From Vulcanimicrobiota bacterium (lineage in GTDB: Bacteria > Vulcanimicrobiota > Vulcanimicrobiia > Vulcanimicrobiales > Vulcanimicrobiaceae), in NCBI GenBank assembly GCA_963812155.1, contig CAWETW010000003.1, positions 480,001 to 544,000 of the forward strand: 64,000 nt of DNA, written 5' to 3'. Made by a program: the position numbers and the translations under genes. Within the stretch, counting starts at the first letter, position 1, and every line of letters starts with the position of its first letter. Positions 21,007 to 31,196 of this stretch are shown piece after piece. The notes beneath the pieces were generated by a model. It ran no database searches. It saw only the letters and a program-made list of their open reading frames with translations, and was not told the DNA's origin.

Positions 21007-22014
21007 TTATTTCGCCTGCGGATCGACGGCGACGCTATCGTAGTATTCGTTCGCAACCGCGGTCGAATGCGGGCCGAGGGTTCCGAATGGATAGCTGTTG
21101 GCTTGAACGTTGCTCGACGCTTGACGAATGGTGATCAAAAAATAGTGTCCGGCCCAAATGGTGTCTTGCTTTTTGTTCAACGAGATGCCGGCATAGTACG
21201 AGTTGCCGCCGTCGCCGTATGGGAACGTCGACACGGGCGCTCCGGTCCACGGCTTGTTAAACAGCAGAAGCGCGTTGGAATTTCCGCCGGAGTTGACGAT
21301 CAGATGCCCGTGCGTATCCACGACGATGCCCTCGGCCGTCGATCCGTAATTTGAAAGCTGCTGAAGTAGGGTGTCGCCGCCCGCCGTGAGGTTCACCGAA
21401 ACGAGAATCGCCTGACCGTGTACGTCGTAACCGTCGGCCAGCAGTTTGTCGCCGGGAGCGGCAAGATAGAAGATGTCCTGCAGGTTCGATAACGTGACGC
21501 TGCGTATCGGGTTGCCGCCGCCCGCTGCAATCTCGCTCGCCGAGTAAAAGTCCACGACGGGCTGGCCGACGTTGCCGGCGTAGAGATCGCCCTTGTGATC
21601 GTAGGCGAGACCGACGGCGTACTGGCCTTGCGAGAGCGCGAGCGTCGCAAACTGCGTGATGGCTTTCCCGGAAACGTGCCATACGGTCACGACGCCGCCG
21701 TGCGTTCCGACCGCCAGATCGCCGGTCGTGGGATCGACCGCGAGTCCGACGCCGAAGCACGGACACGACGCAATCAGCTTCAGCGACGCCTCGCTATAGA
21801 CGTCGATGTTTCCCTTGAAACCGTTGGAGGCAAAAATCCAACTCTTGCGCGGCGGTCCCTCGAGGTCGGGCACGTTCGGCTTCGAGAAGGTCGCGATTTT
21901 GCCGATGGCTGGGATGGCGTTGGAAGGTGTCGCATTCGCCGGGGGATTCGAACCGCTCGCTTGACACGCGGCGACGAAAAACGGAAGCGCCCACAGCGCG
22001 AAGTAACGTCGCAT
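21007..22014 (-). CDS. Lipoprotein, beta-propeller-like hypothetical
   Basis: Lipobox VAAC; blade motifs GLAVDP, GLAYDHKGDLYAG, GIVVDTHGHLIV, SVAVDP. Confidence 0.7.
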   Translation of the reverse strand: MRRYFALWALPFFVAACQASGSNPPANATPSNAIPAIGKIATFSKPNVPDLEGPPRKSWIFASNGFKGNIDVYSEASLKLIASCPCFGVGLAVDPTTGDLAVGTHGGVVTVWHVSGKAITQFATLALSQGQYAVGLAYDHKGDLYAGNVGQPVVDFYSASEIAAGGGNPIRSVTLSNLQDIFYLAAPGDKLLADGYDVHGQAILVSVNLTAGGDTLLQQLSNYGSTAEGIVVDTHGHLIVNSGGNSNALLLFNKPWTGAPVSTFPYGDGGNSYYAGISLNKKQDTIWAGHYFLITIRQASSNVQANSYPFGTLGPHSTAVANEYYDSVAVDPQAK

Positions 22015-22104
22015 CGAGGCCTCTCTTCTTTAAATTGACCTGGCGACTTCAAGCGTACGGTCAACTCATAAATTTTCCGTGAATCCGAGCGCGAGGAAGA
22101 GGAT

Positions 22105-22123
22105 TTTGCGAACGGTTCTCAAA
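22105..22123 (+). promoter_or_regulatory. Candidate Fur/Zur box
   Basis: TTTGCGAAC-G-GTTCTCAAA, a 9-1-9 inverted repeat with 8/9 pairs, 10 bp before the Fur-family start. Confidence 0.65.
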
Positions 22124-22133
22124 TAGTGGCGGC

Positions 22134-22526
22134 GTGGGAATCCGAGCGGACTACGTCACCCGGCCGCGCGAGCTGATCGCCGGCATTCTCGGTCGCGAGC
22201 GCCGCTTTCTCTCGGCGGCCGAGATTCACCATCAACTCGAGCGGGACAAGGCGCGGGTTTCCCTCTCGACCGTCTATCGCACGCTCGACTTTCTGCAAGG
22301 TAAAGGCGACGTCACCGTCCGTTCCGATCCGGCCGGCGAGGCGGCGTACATGCTGTGCGAGCCCGAACGCCATCACCATCACGCCATTTGCCGCGTCTGC
22401 GGCCGCGTCGAAGACGTCGATTGCGCGGCGATGGAGCCGGTCGCCGACGCGTTGCGCACGGTTCACGGTTTCCAGCTCGACGGCCACGCGATGGAGTTCT
22501 TCGGGAAGTGCAGCGCGTGCCGCTGA
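22134..22526 (+). CDS. Fur-family regulator (Zur-like)
   Basis: STVYRTL, HHHHAICRVCG, C-terminal CSAC; heads a metal ABC operon. Confidence 0.9.
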   Translation: MGIRADYVTRPRELIAGILGRERRFLSAAEIHHQLERDKARVSLSTVYRTLDFLQGKGDVTVRSDPAGEAAYMLCEPERHHHHAICRVCGRVEDVDCAAMEPVADALRTVHGFQLDGHAMEFFGKCSACR

Positions 22527-23440
22527 TGCGTTTGAGTTTGCGTAGCGTTACGGTTGCGGCGATGCGTACGGTTGCCGCCGCGATCCTCGCGATCGGCGTT
22601 TGCGCGTGCGGCGGCGAGAAGCAGCACGCGGTAACGCTCGGCGCCGACGGGAAGATCAACGTCGTCACGACGATCTCGACGATCAACTCGTTCGTGCTCG
22701 GCGCCGGCGGCGACAAGGTCCGCGTGACGAACATCGTGCCGGTCGGCGCGTCGCCCGAGACGTTTCAGCCGGCGCCGCAGGACGTCGCGACGGTGTCGCA
22801 GGCGCAGCTGCTCGTTGAAAACGGCGCCGGCCTGGAGACGTGGCTCGGGAGGCTGCTGAGCAATGCGTCGTCGCCGGACGTGCGCGTCGTCGTCTGTGCC
22901 GACGGGATGCCGGTCGTCAACGACAATCCGCATTTGTGGATGGATCCGCAGCTGGCGAAGCGGTACGTCGTCAAGATTCGCGACGCGCTGATTGCAATCG
23001 ATCCCAAAGACGCGAACGAGTTCCGGCGGAATACCAATCTCTATAACGGGAAGCTCGACGCGCTGACGTCGCACGTTCAGGCGCAGATCAACACGATTCC
23101 GGCGCAGAAGCGCTATATGATCGTCTTTCACAACGCGTGGCAGTATTACAACGACCGCTTCGGGATTACGACGCTGGGCTTCGTCGAGCGCAATCCGGGG
23201 CAGGAGCCGAATCCCCAGCAGATCGCGCAGCTCGTCGATTTAGCGAAGCAGCACGGGGTTCGGGCGGTGTTCAGCGAGCCGGAGTACAGTCCGAAGCTGT
23301 TGAGTTCGATCGCGCAGGGCGCCGGCGTCGGGATCGTCGAGAATCTGTACGACGATTCCATCGGGACCAACCCACGGGTGAGCGACTACATCTCGATGCT
23401 CGAGTACGATACAAATATTATCGTGAATGCGTTGAAGTGA
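22526..23440 (+). CDS. Metal ABC transporter substrate-binding lipoprotein (ZnuA/TroA family)
   Basis: Lipobox VCAC; ENGAGLETW, NPHLWMDP, FHNAWQY, VFSEP. Confidence 0.9.
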   Translation: MRLSLRSVTVAAMRTVAAAILAIGVCACGGEKQHAVTLGADGKINVVTTISTINSFVLGAGGDKVRVTNIVPVGASPETFQPAPQDVATVSQAQLLVENGAGLETWLGRLLSNASSPDVRVVVCADGMPVVNDNPHLWMDPQLAKRYVVKIRDALIAIDPKDANEFRRNTNLYNGKLDALTSHVQAQINTIPAQKRYMIVFHNAWQYYNDRFGITTLGFVERNPGQEPNPQQIAQLVDLAKQHGVRAVFSEPEYSPKLLSSIAQGAGVGIVENLYDDSIGTNPRVSDYISMLEYDTNIIVNALK

Positions 23441-23594
23441 GCTCGTCCTTCGACTGCGCCGCTTCGCGGCTCCGCTCAGGATGACACAGAGTGTGGGTGC
23501 TCCGCTGCGGTGACACGGTAGTGGGCGCTCGCTCAGGATGACATGTGGGTACTCTGTGCGAAGATGCCGGCAGTTCGCGCAGCGCTCAGGTGAC
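23441..23594. repeat. REP-like palindromic element cluster
   Basis: GCTCGTCCTTCGACTGCGC-hairpin-CGCTCAGGATGACAC plus partial CGCTCAGG(A)TGAC copies; second full copy at 37832. Confidence 0.75.
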
Positions 23595-23599
23595 GCAGC

Positions 23600-24400
23600 G
23601 TGAGTGACGGCGTGCGCGAAGAAGCCGTGGCGGCGCGCAATCTCACGGTGCGGTACGACGATTTTACCGCGTTGGACGATGCGACGCTGGCGGTGCATTT
23701 CGGTGAGGCGCTCGGCGTCGTCGGACCGAACGGTTCCGGCAAATCCACGCTGCTGAAGACGCTGGCCGGATTGTTGACGCCGAGCAGCGGCGAACTCTGC
23801 GTGCTCGGCACACAACCCCGGCACTTGCCGCCCGGCTCGATCGCGTACGTGCCGCAAATCGAAGCGGTGGATTGGTCGTTTCCCGCAACCGTGCGCGACG
23901 TCGTCGCGATGGGACGCTTTCCGCGGCTGCCGTTCTGGCGGCGCTTCGATGCGCGCGACCGTGAAGTCGTCGCGCAAGCGCTCGAAGCCGTGAACATGAC
24001 GCCGCTGGCAACGCGCCACATCGCCCACCTGTCCGGCGGACAGCAGCAGCGCGTCTTCGTCGCGCGTGCGATCGCGCAGGAGCCGCGGCTGCTGTTGCTC
24101 GACGAGCCGACCACGGGCGTGGATGCCGGAACGGAAGAAGCGCTGCGCGTGCTCGTCCGCGAGTTGGTCGCCGGCGGCATGCCGGTCGTGATGACGACGC
24201 ACGATCTCGATCGCGTGGACGATTGGTTCGACCGATTGCTCGTGCTCGATCGCCGGGTCCTGGCGCTCGGCAAACCCTCCGACGTCGCCGCTTCGGGCGT
24301 CTACGCGGCGATACGCGAGCACACGCACACGCACGGTCACCTGCGCACCGATCACGAGGCGCACGAAGCGCACGCGACGCATCCCGAGGTACGCCGGTGA
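23600..24400 (+). CDS. Metal ABC transporter ATPase (ZnuC-like)
   Basis: GPNGSGKST, LSGGQQQR, LLDEPT; His-rich C-terminal tail. Confidence 0.92.
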   Translation: MSDGVREEAVAARNLTVRYDDFTALDDATLAVHFGEALGVVGPNGSGKSTLLKTLAGLLTPSSGELCVLGTQPRHLPPGSIAYVPQIEAVDWSFPATVRDVVAMGRFPRLPFWRRFDARDREVVAQALEAVNMTPLATRHIAHLSGGQQQRVFVARAIAQEPRLLLLDEPTTGVDAGTEEALRVLVRELVAGGMPVVMTTHDLDRVDDWFDRLLVLDRRVLALGKPSDVAASGVYAAIREHTHTHGHLRTDHEAHEAHATHPEVRR

Positions 24401-25233
24401 ACCTCGACGCGTTCGTCCAACCGTTTCATTACGCGTTCATGCAGCGCGCCTTCGTCGCGGCGCTGGCGGTCGGCATCCTGTGCTCGACGATGGGCACCTA
24501 CGTCGTGCTGCGCCGCCTCTCGTTCATCGGCGACGGCATCGCGCACGCCTCGTTCGCCGGCATCGTCATCGCCTATCTGCGCGGCGCCAACTTTTACATC
24601 GGCGCGGCGATCGTCGCGGTCGTCACCGCCGTCGGCATCGGTTTCGTCTCGCGGCGCGGACGCATCTCGCTCGACACGACGATCGGCGTGCTCTTCACCG
24701 GCATGTTCGCGCTCGGCGTTTTCCTGATGAGCCGGCAGCGCAGCTACGCGGTCGATCTGCAGAGTTTTCTCTTCGGCGACATCCTCTCGGTGCAGCCGCA
24801 GGATCTCTGGCTGATTCTTGCGCTGAGTGCGGTCGTCGCTGCGACGGTCGTGTGGCTGTTCCGCGGATTGCTCTACACGACGTTCGATCCGGTCGTCGCG
24901 CAAGCCAGCGGCATTCGGGCGTGGCTGTACGAGTACGGTCTGCTGGTGATGCTGGCGCTGACGATCGTCGTGGCGCTGCAGGCCGTGGGCATCGTGCTGG
25001 TTGCGGCGCTGCTCGTTACGCCCGCGGCGGCCGCCTACCAATTAACGTCGCGATTTGCGCCCATGATGGCCCTGGCGGCGCTGCTCGGCGCCGTCAGCAC
25101 CGTCGGCGGCCTCTACCTTTCGTACTACCTGCGCGCCTCGAGCGGCGCGACGATCGTGTTGCTCGCGACGCTGCTGTTCTTTGCGGCGATCGGCGTGAAG
25201 TACGCCGGCCGGCTCACTGCACGGCGAGCGTGA
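24397..25233 (+). CDS. Metal ABC transporter permease (ZnuB-like)
   Basis: GDGIAHASFAG, LFGDIL, FDP motifs; multiple TM helices. Confidence 0.92.
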   Translation: MNLDAFVQPFHYAFMQRAFVAALAVGILCSTMGTYVVLRRLSFIGDGIAHASFAGIVIAYLRGANFYIGAAIVAVVTAVGIGFVSRRGRISLDTTIGVLFTGMFALGVFLMSRQRSYAVDLQSFLFGDILSVQPQDLWLILALSAVVAATVVWLFRGLLYTTFDPVVAQASGIRAWLYEYGLLVMLALTIVVALQAVGIVLVAALLVTPAAAAYQLTSRFAPMMALAALLGAVSTVGGLYLSYYLRASSGATIVLLATLLFFAAIGVKYAGRLTARRA

Positions 25234-26032
25234 ACGCGACCGTATAGATCTCGTACTTCGCGCCGCGGAACTGCATCCACATTTTGTACGTTCCGGCCGG
25301 CAGCGCGGGCAGTTCCAAATGCTGGCGCGGCCCGGTGCCGGTCATATTCATGTGCGAACCCCCGCCGCCTGGGGCGTTGGCCGCCATCGGATGCACGTGC
25401 ACGTATTGCAGCGTCGCGGTGTTGATGAAGACGACGTGCGAGGCGGCGCCGAGATACGAGCCGAGATCGTGCGCCGGATGCCCGTTCTCGTTGATCTCGA
25501 TTTCGGCCGAGTACGGCGTGTTGGCCGCTATGGTGGTGTGCTCGAGCACGACGGTGTAGGGGCCGGTGGTCGCGGTCGGCGACGACGCCGTAAGCGACGG
25601 CGCCGCTTTTGCGACGGGACCGTCGCTCTCGAGCGTGAAGCGAAAAACTTGCTGCGGCAGATCGTGCGGCCTGCTGTCGGCGTAGAGGTAGTAGCGGTGG
25701 TTCGGCTCCTTGGTGAAGTTTTCGAGAAAAGCGCCGGTGGTCGTATTGAAGGCTGGGTGAAGGTGGTCGAACGTTGCGAAGTCGTCGCGGATCACGACCA
25801 TGTGCATCGTACGCTGCATTTCGAGGGCGTAGTTGAGAATCGGCGTGCTCGAGCCCATGGGATATTGCGCCACGTTGAGCTGCGAGGTGAGGCCGTTCCC
25901 GTGCGTCGCCCAGAATTTCGAAACGACCTTCGGCGTGCCGCCGAGCAGCGCGAAGGTTCCGTTCTGCTTCGGCGGGCCGGCCGACGCGTGCGCGAGCGCA
26001 AACGCGGCGGCAAACACCGCCAGGAACGCCAT
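25214..26032 (-). CDS. Secreted putative heavy-metal-binding protein
   Basis: Signal peptide; two His motifs, MHMVVIRDDFATFDHLHP and YLGAASHVVF..YVHVHP. Confidence 0.65.
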   Translation of the reverse strand: MAFLAVFAAAFALAHASAGPPKQNGTFALLGGTPKVVSKFWATHGNGLTSQLNVAQYPMGSSTPILNYALEMQRTMHMVVIRDDFATFDHLHPAFNTTTGAFLENFTKEPNHRYYLYADSRPHDLPQQVFRFTLESDGPVAKAAPSLTASSPTATTGPYTVVLEHTTIAANTPYSAEIEINENGHPAHDLGSYLGAASHVVFINTATLQYVHVHPMAANAPGGGGSHMNMTGTGPRQHLELPALPAGTYKMWMQFRGAKYEIYTVAFTLAVQ

Positions 26033-26046
26033 TGGCGAAATGCGGC

Positions 26047-27158
26047 TTACTCTGCGGCCCGAACGACGCTCCACGTTTCCACTCCTGTCGATTCCAGATA
26101 GCCGGCGGCAGCGAGTGCCTCTAGCGCCTCATGCAATGCGGCCCGCTCGTTTTTGTTGGGCATTCCGGCCCACCGCATCGCGAGTTCGTGGAGCTCCAGC
26201 GTTCCTCCCGGCACCAATGCGTCGCGCAAGAACTGCGCCGGCAGTTTGACGCGCTCCATGCGGCGCGCGACGGGCGCCAGTGCATCGTCGAACGCTGCGG
26301 CTTCCACGGATACCGCGGGCGTGGGTGGCGCAGGCGGTGGTCCGGGCTGCGGCGCAGGCTCGTGGTGCGGCTCTGCGCTCGCTCGTGCGCGACGCGGCGC
26401 ATACGCAGGCGTTCGACCACCGGATCGACGAGCGTGCCGAGCATTTCGCCGCCGACGGTGGCGGCCGTCTGCCACGCGACCGCGTTGACGGTCGCGGAGC
26501 GGCGCTCGATGCCGCGCAGAATCGCCGCCGCAACGCGCTCGGCCGAGACGGCCGGCACGGCGTGCGGACGTTTAATGGCGGCGCTGCCGTGAAACTCCGT
26601 CGCGACGACGCCCGGATCGACGTAGGTGACCGCGACCCCGCGCGACCGCAGTTCCCGGCGCAGTTGAATCGCGGCAGCACGGATGCCCGCTTTCGCGACC
26701 GCGTACGAACCGAATGCGGGGAGCGGCACGCGCGCGACGCCCGAGCCGAGAAACACCAGCGATCCGCGCGCTCGCTCGAGATGCGGCAGCGCGGCACGCG
26801 ACAGCCGCAGCGGCGCAGCGACGTGCAGCTGCCACTGCGCTTCGATTTGCGCGTCGCTCTGCGCGAGCAGATCGCCGTGCGCGCCGCCGCCGGCGTTGTT
26901 GACGAGCACGTCGAGGCGTCCAAAGGCGTGCATGGCCGCGTCCACGATGCGTCCCGCGGCATCGCGAGCGCAGACGTCGGCGACGAGGCTCGCGGCCGTT
27001 CCGCCGAACGCGCGAATCTCACGCTCGACGTCGGCGAGGCGTTCGGTGCGGCGCGCGACCAGCAGCACGGCGTAACCCGCGCGCGCCGATTGCAGCGCGA
27101 GCGCGCGGCCGATGCCGGAGCTCGTACCCGTGACGATCATCGCGCGCGCGTCAGGCAT
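26047..27158 (-). CDS. SDR oxidoreductase with Pro linker and C-terminal winged-helix-like extension (frameshift near 26380)
   Basis: VTGTSSGIG, VNNAG, YAVAK; C-terminal frame 26047-26380 reads HELAMRWAGMPNKNERAALHEALEAL..GYL. Confidence 0.75.
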
Positions 27159-28333
27159 ACTCGTTACAATACTCCTCGTACAGACGCCCGATCCCGTCGG
27201 GAAGCGACGCGTAGTATGCGGCTTCGTCCGTGACGATGGGTGGCTGCGGCTCGACGACGTCGCGCTGCTCGGCAGCAAGTCGCGCGAGCGCATCTGCGAC
27301 CGGCTTGTACGAGCCGTCGGAGCGCACGATGCCGAAGGTCAACTCGTGCGGCGCGAGATCGAACGGCGGCAGCTTCGCCAGCGCGGCATCGTAGTCGGCC
27401 CAACACCACCAGAACGCGCCCAGCGCGCCGCGCGCGTGGAGGCGGTCGGTGACGGCATACGCGTAGCTTCGCCATTTCCAGTTCGTTCAGGCACTCGAAA
27501 TCGCTCGGCTTTCCCGCGACCGCACCACTTGGCGGGCACGTCGGATTGCCGTATTCGCTGAAGAGCACGCGCTTGCCGCTGCACGATTCCTGTACTTGCG
27601 AAAGGAATGGCACGACGTTGGCGTCGAGGCGCCCTCGCGAGAATGTGGAGTAGACCGAATACCCGTGCATCGTCGCGAACGCCCACGGAACCGCGATGCT
27701 CGAGGGTCGAATGCCGCGGTCGCGTTCGAGGTCCTCGCCGTGCATGCCGCCGGTCACCGGCACGTTCGACGCTTCGTGCAGCGTTTCGCTCAAGCGCAGG
27801 CTCCACGCCGCCGCATCGGCCGGCGACGCCGGCTCGCGCACGTTGGAAAACTCGTTGCCGAGATCCCATGCAAACAGCGCGGGATGGTCGCGCACGCACG
27901 CGGCTGCTTCGCGTGCGAACAGCACCTGCGCCGCGAGAAGACGCGGATCGGCATACAGATCGCCGGCGCCGTACGGCGAGACGTTGCCGTCGCAAATCGT
28001 GCGGAAGCGTCCGTGCGGCACGGCCGGATCGAGCACCCAGCGCGGCAACCAGTTCACGCCGCTCATGTGTCCGCAGAACAGCGTCGGCATCGCGCGCAGC
28101 CCGCAATCGCCGAATGCCGTCATCACGCGCTCGAAGCGTGCGAGCGTGGCGGTGTCCATGCGTTCGCGCGACGGCTGAAAGACTTCCCACAGGAGGAAGA
28201 AGCGCACGACGTCCAGGCCGAGTTCGGCGATGCGCGCGGCGTCTTCTCGAATCTCGCCGAGATCGAAACGCTCCCACGCATACATTGCGCTGCGCCGTGG
28301 CCAGTAGTTGATGCCGAGGAGAAAACGCGACAT
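27151..28333 (-). CDS. Glycoside hydrolase family 5-like (frameshift near 27470)
   Basis: GINYWP, VRFFLLW, WDLGNE (acid/base), MHGY, LFSEYG (nucleophile). Confidence 0.8.
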
Positions 28334-28394
28334 GCGCCGTTCTTCGCCCGACTGCGGCATGACAACCTCGAAAGGGCCGCGAAGCCGCCAAGCG

Positions 28395-28886
28395 ATGGCC
28401 AAGCGCAGCGCTTCACCGAAGGTCGGCATCGTGATGGGCAGCCGCTCGGACTGGGAAAGCATGCTTCCGGCGCGCACGACGTTGCTCGAACTCGGAATCC
28501 CGTGCGAGATGCGCGTCGTTTCGGCGCATCGCATGCCCGACGAGATGTTCGCATACGCCGAGTCGGCAGCGAGTCGCGGCATTGCGGCGATCATCGCGGC
28601 CGCCGGCGGCGCGGCGCATCTGCCCGGCATGACGGCCGCCAAGACGCTGCTGCCGGTGATCGGCGTACCGGTTCAATCCAAGGCGCTGCACGGCATCGAT
28701 TCGCTGCTCTCGATCGCACAGATGCCGCCGGGCGTGCCGGTCGCGACGATGGCGATCGGCGGCGCCGTCAACGCCGCATTATTCGCAGCCCGTATCGTCG
28801 CGCTCAACGACGCAGCGGTCGGGCGGCGGCTCGCAACGTACGTCGAGAACATGCACGACGCGGCAGCCGCCAGCACCCCGGAGTGA
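28395..28886 (+). CDS. purE: N5-CAIR mutase
   Basis: [33 protein letters not shown]. Confidence 0.97.
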   Translation: MAKRSASPKVGIVMGSRSDWESMLPARTTLLELGIPCEMRVVSAHRMPDEMFAYAESAASRGIAAIIAAAGGAAHLPGMTAAKTLLPVIGVPVQSKALHGIDSLLSIAQMPPGVPVATMAIGGAVNAALFAARIVALNDAAVGRRLATYVENMHDAAAASTPE

Positions 28887-30049
28887 GCGCGCCGCACGTT
28901 CAAACCATCGGCGTCATCGGCGGCGGCCAACTCGGCCGCATGTTTGCGCTCGATGCCAAACGCATGGGCTACGACGTCATCACGCTCGATCCGCAGGAAC
29001 GATTCGCCCACCGGACAGGTCGCCGACGAGCAACTCGTCGCCGCCTACGACGACATGGCGGCAATCGAAGAACTCGGGCGGCGCAGCGACATCGTCACCT
29101 ACGAGTTCGAAAACGTCGCGATCGCATCGGTCGAGCATCTCGAGCGGCTCGGGCATCGCGTCTCGCCGTCGAGCGACGTGTTGCGCGTCACGCAGGACCG
29201 GATTCTCGAAAAGCAGTTCGTCCGCGATTGCGGCATTCCGACCGCCGCGTTCGCGCCGGTCAACGGCGCCGGAGATCTTGCGACGGTGGCGCAGAGCGTC
29301 GGGTTCCCAGCCGTGCTCAAAACCGTGCGGGGCGGCTACGACGGGAAAGGCCAGTGGCGCGTCGCCTCAATGGAAGAAGCGGAAGTCGCAGTGGTGCAAG
29401 CGCGCGGGCAGTGCCGTTGATTGCCGAGCGCTTCATCGATTTCACGCGCGAGTTGAGCGTCATCGCGACGCGCAACGCCGCGGACGAGGCCGTGGCGTAT
29501 CCGCCGAGCGAGAACGAACACGACCGCGGGATTCTGGCGGTGAGTTTTGCGCCGGCACGCGTCTCCGCCGAGGTCGCGGCCCGCGCGCAAGCGATGGCGG
29601 TGACGATCGGGCGGCGCTTGGGGATCGTTGGAACCTACTGCGTCGAGTTTTTTCTGACCGCACGCGACGAGTTGCTCGTTAACGAAATCGCGCCGCGTCC
29701 CCACAACAGCGGGCACTATACGATCGACGTCACGCCGTGTTCGCAGTACGAGCAGCACGTGCGCGCGATCTGCGAACTGCCGCTCTCGCCGCCGCGTCTG
29801 CTCAGCAACGCAATCATGGTGAACATTCTCGGCGACGGCAACGGCGACCATCTCGACGGCATCTCGGAGCTGCTGCGCGATCCCTCGATCGTGCTGCACC
29901 TCTATGGCAAACGCCACGCGGTTGCGCGGCGTAAGATGGGCCATTTTACGATGCTGGTTGCGGGCGCGATCGACGACGTGTCGATCGATCGCGCCCGCTC
30001 GGCGTTACGGAAGCTCCGTTGGACTCCATCAGTCCGCGGCAGCGCCTGA
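28883..30049 (+). CDS. purK: N5-CAIR synthetase (two apparent indels)
   Basis: [40 protein letters not shown]. Confidence 0.95.
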   Translation: MSAPHVQTIGVIGGGQLGRMFALDAKRMGYDVITLDPQERFAHRTGRRRATRRRLRRHGGNRRTRAAQRHRHLRVRKRRDRIGRASRAARASRLAVERRVARHAGPDSRKAVRPRLRHSDRRVRAGQRRRRSCDGGAERRVPSRAQNRAGRLRRERPVARRLNGRSGSRSGASARAVPLIAERFIDFTRELSVIATRNAADEAVAYPPSENEHDRGILAVSFAPARVSAEVAARAQAMAVTIGRRLGIVGTYCVEFFLTARDELLVNEIAPRPHNSGHYTIDVTPCSQYEQHVRAICELPLSPPRLLSNAIMVNILGDGNGDHLDGISELLRDPSIVLHLYGKRHAVARRKMGHFTMLVAGAIDDVSIDRARSALRKLRWTPSVRGSA

Positions 30050-30973
30050 AGGAGACGAAGCGCTGAGTCCGTCCGTAATCGTATACGACGGCTGCCCGTT
30101 CGTGGGCGTTACGACGACCGTCGGCGTGGTGCCCTTCGGACTGCCGTAAGGGGCGTAGATGGTGCCGTCGCCGCCGCGGCCGACGTAACGAATGCCGGCA
30201 CCGGTTCCGTAGTACGTGTCGTGTACGTTTTGGTAGCTCGGCGGAGCGAACTCGCTGAGCGTCGCCGCGTTTGCCGCGTAGAGATTCCCGGCGTTATCGA
30301 GCGCCAAGCCCGAACCCACCGCGAGGCCTATTTGCACTTGCGTCGGCTGGCCCTTGCTGTACAGGATGGCAAGGCCTCCCGCGCCGCGGTCGACGTCCAA
30401 GAATGCGACGTCGTTACGCACCGCGACGCCGTCGATCGCGTCACCTTGGGCTGCGACGAGCTGCGTTGTGTCCGGAGTGTCCGAACCGGGTTCGAATTCC
30501 GCGACGTACGCCGGTTGACCCACGGTTTGGCAGTGGCTGGCAACGTAGAGCACGTTGTTTTCGTCGACTGCCACGCCCGTCGGCTTGTAGATACCGGTGC
30601 TGATGGTTCGCACGAGCGACGTCGCACCGCGAGAGAAAACGGCGACCGTCGACGTGTTCCACAAGGCGACGAAGACGTGGCCGCTGCCGTCCACCGCGAT
30701 GCCGTTAGGCGAGTCGCCGAGCGGCACCGTTCGAATCGGCGATGGGTTCGAAACGCCCTGGGGATACACGAGGAGCTGATCGTTCTTGGCATCGCCGACG
30801 TAGATGTATTTCTGCGTCGAGGCGCGATTGACCACTCCGCGAACGGTGGCGGCGCGATCGTCCGACGTTGCCGCTGCAGTGCCGTTTGCGGTTTTGCCCG
30901 GGAGATACGACGACGTCGCTCCCGAACTGCACGCCGCCAACGACAACGCGAGTAGAATGTTTACGTGTTTCAT
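30029..30973 (-). CDS. NHL-like beta-propeller lipoprotein
   Basis: Lipobox LAAC; PNGIAVDGSGHVFVA, PTGVAVDENNVLYVA, GLALDNAGNLYAA. Confidence 0.78.
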   Translation of the reverse strand: MKHVNILLALSLAACSSGATSSYLPGKTANGTAAATSDDRAATVRGVVNRASTQKYIYVGDAKNDQLLVYPQGVSNPSPIRTVPLGDSPNGIAVDGSGHVFVALWNTSTVAVFSRGATSLVRTISTGIYKPTGVAVDENNVLYVASHCQTVGQPAYVAEFEPGSDTPDTTQLVAAQGDAIDGVAVRNDVAFLDVDRGAGGLAILYSKGQPTQVQIGLAVGSGLALDNAGNLYAANAATLSEFAPPSYQNVHDTYYGTGAGIRYVGRGGDGTIYAPYGSPKGTTPTVVVTPTNGQPSYTITDGLSASSPSGAAAD

Positions 30974-31043
30974 TTCCGGTGTTCTCCTTGAAGTGAAGTG
31001 ATGACACCGGAAAATCTAATGCAGCGTGACGATCTCGATAACG

Positions 31044-31105
31044 CACAACGTTGACGAGCAACGTGCACGTCGCAGCAGGCGGGCGATTAGCGACACAACG
31101 TTGAC
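31044..31105. promoter_or_regulatory. Direct repeat CACAACGTTGAC x2; candidate operator
   Basis: Identical 12-mers at 31044 and 31094 with a CAACGTTG palindromic core, in a divergent intergenic region. Confidence 0.45.
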
Positions 31106-31196
31106 AAACGACCCTCACAACACACACAAAAAACGTGTGGAATTGCCGCACCGGCGTGAGGATGCGCGCGGGTTTCGGCGAATACGGGGGTACAGA

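Noticed and set aside
23441..23594. CRISPR array
   Set aside because: Units are irregular and degenerate with no constant spacer length, and there are no cas genes; no CRISPR array was seen anywhere in the window.
27596..28882. Long N-terminal extension of purK (817-aa ORF)
   Set aside because: Overlaps GH5 (antisense) and purE (off-frame); purK starts at GTG 28883.
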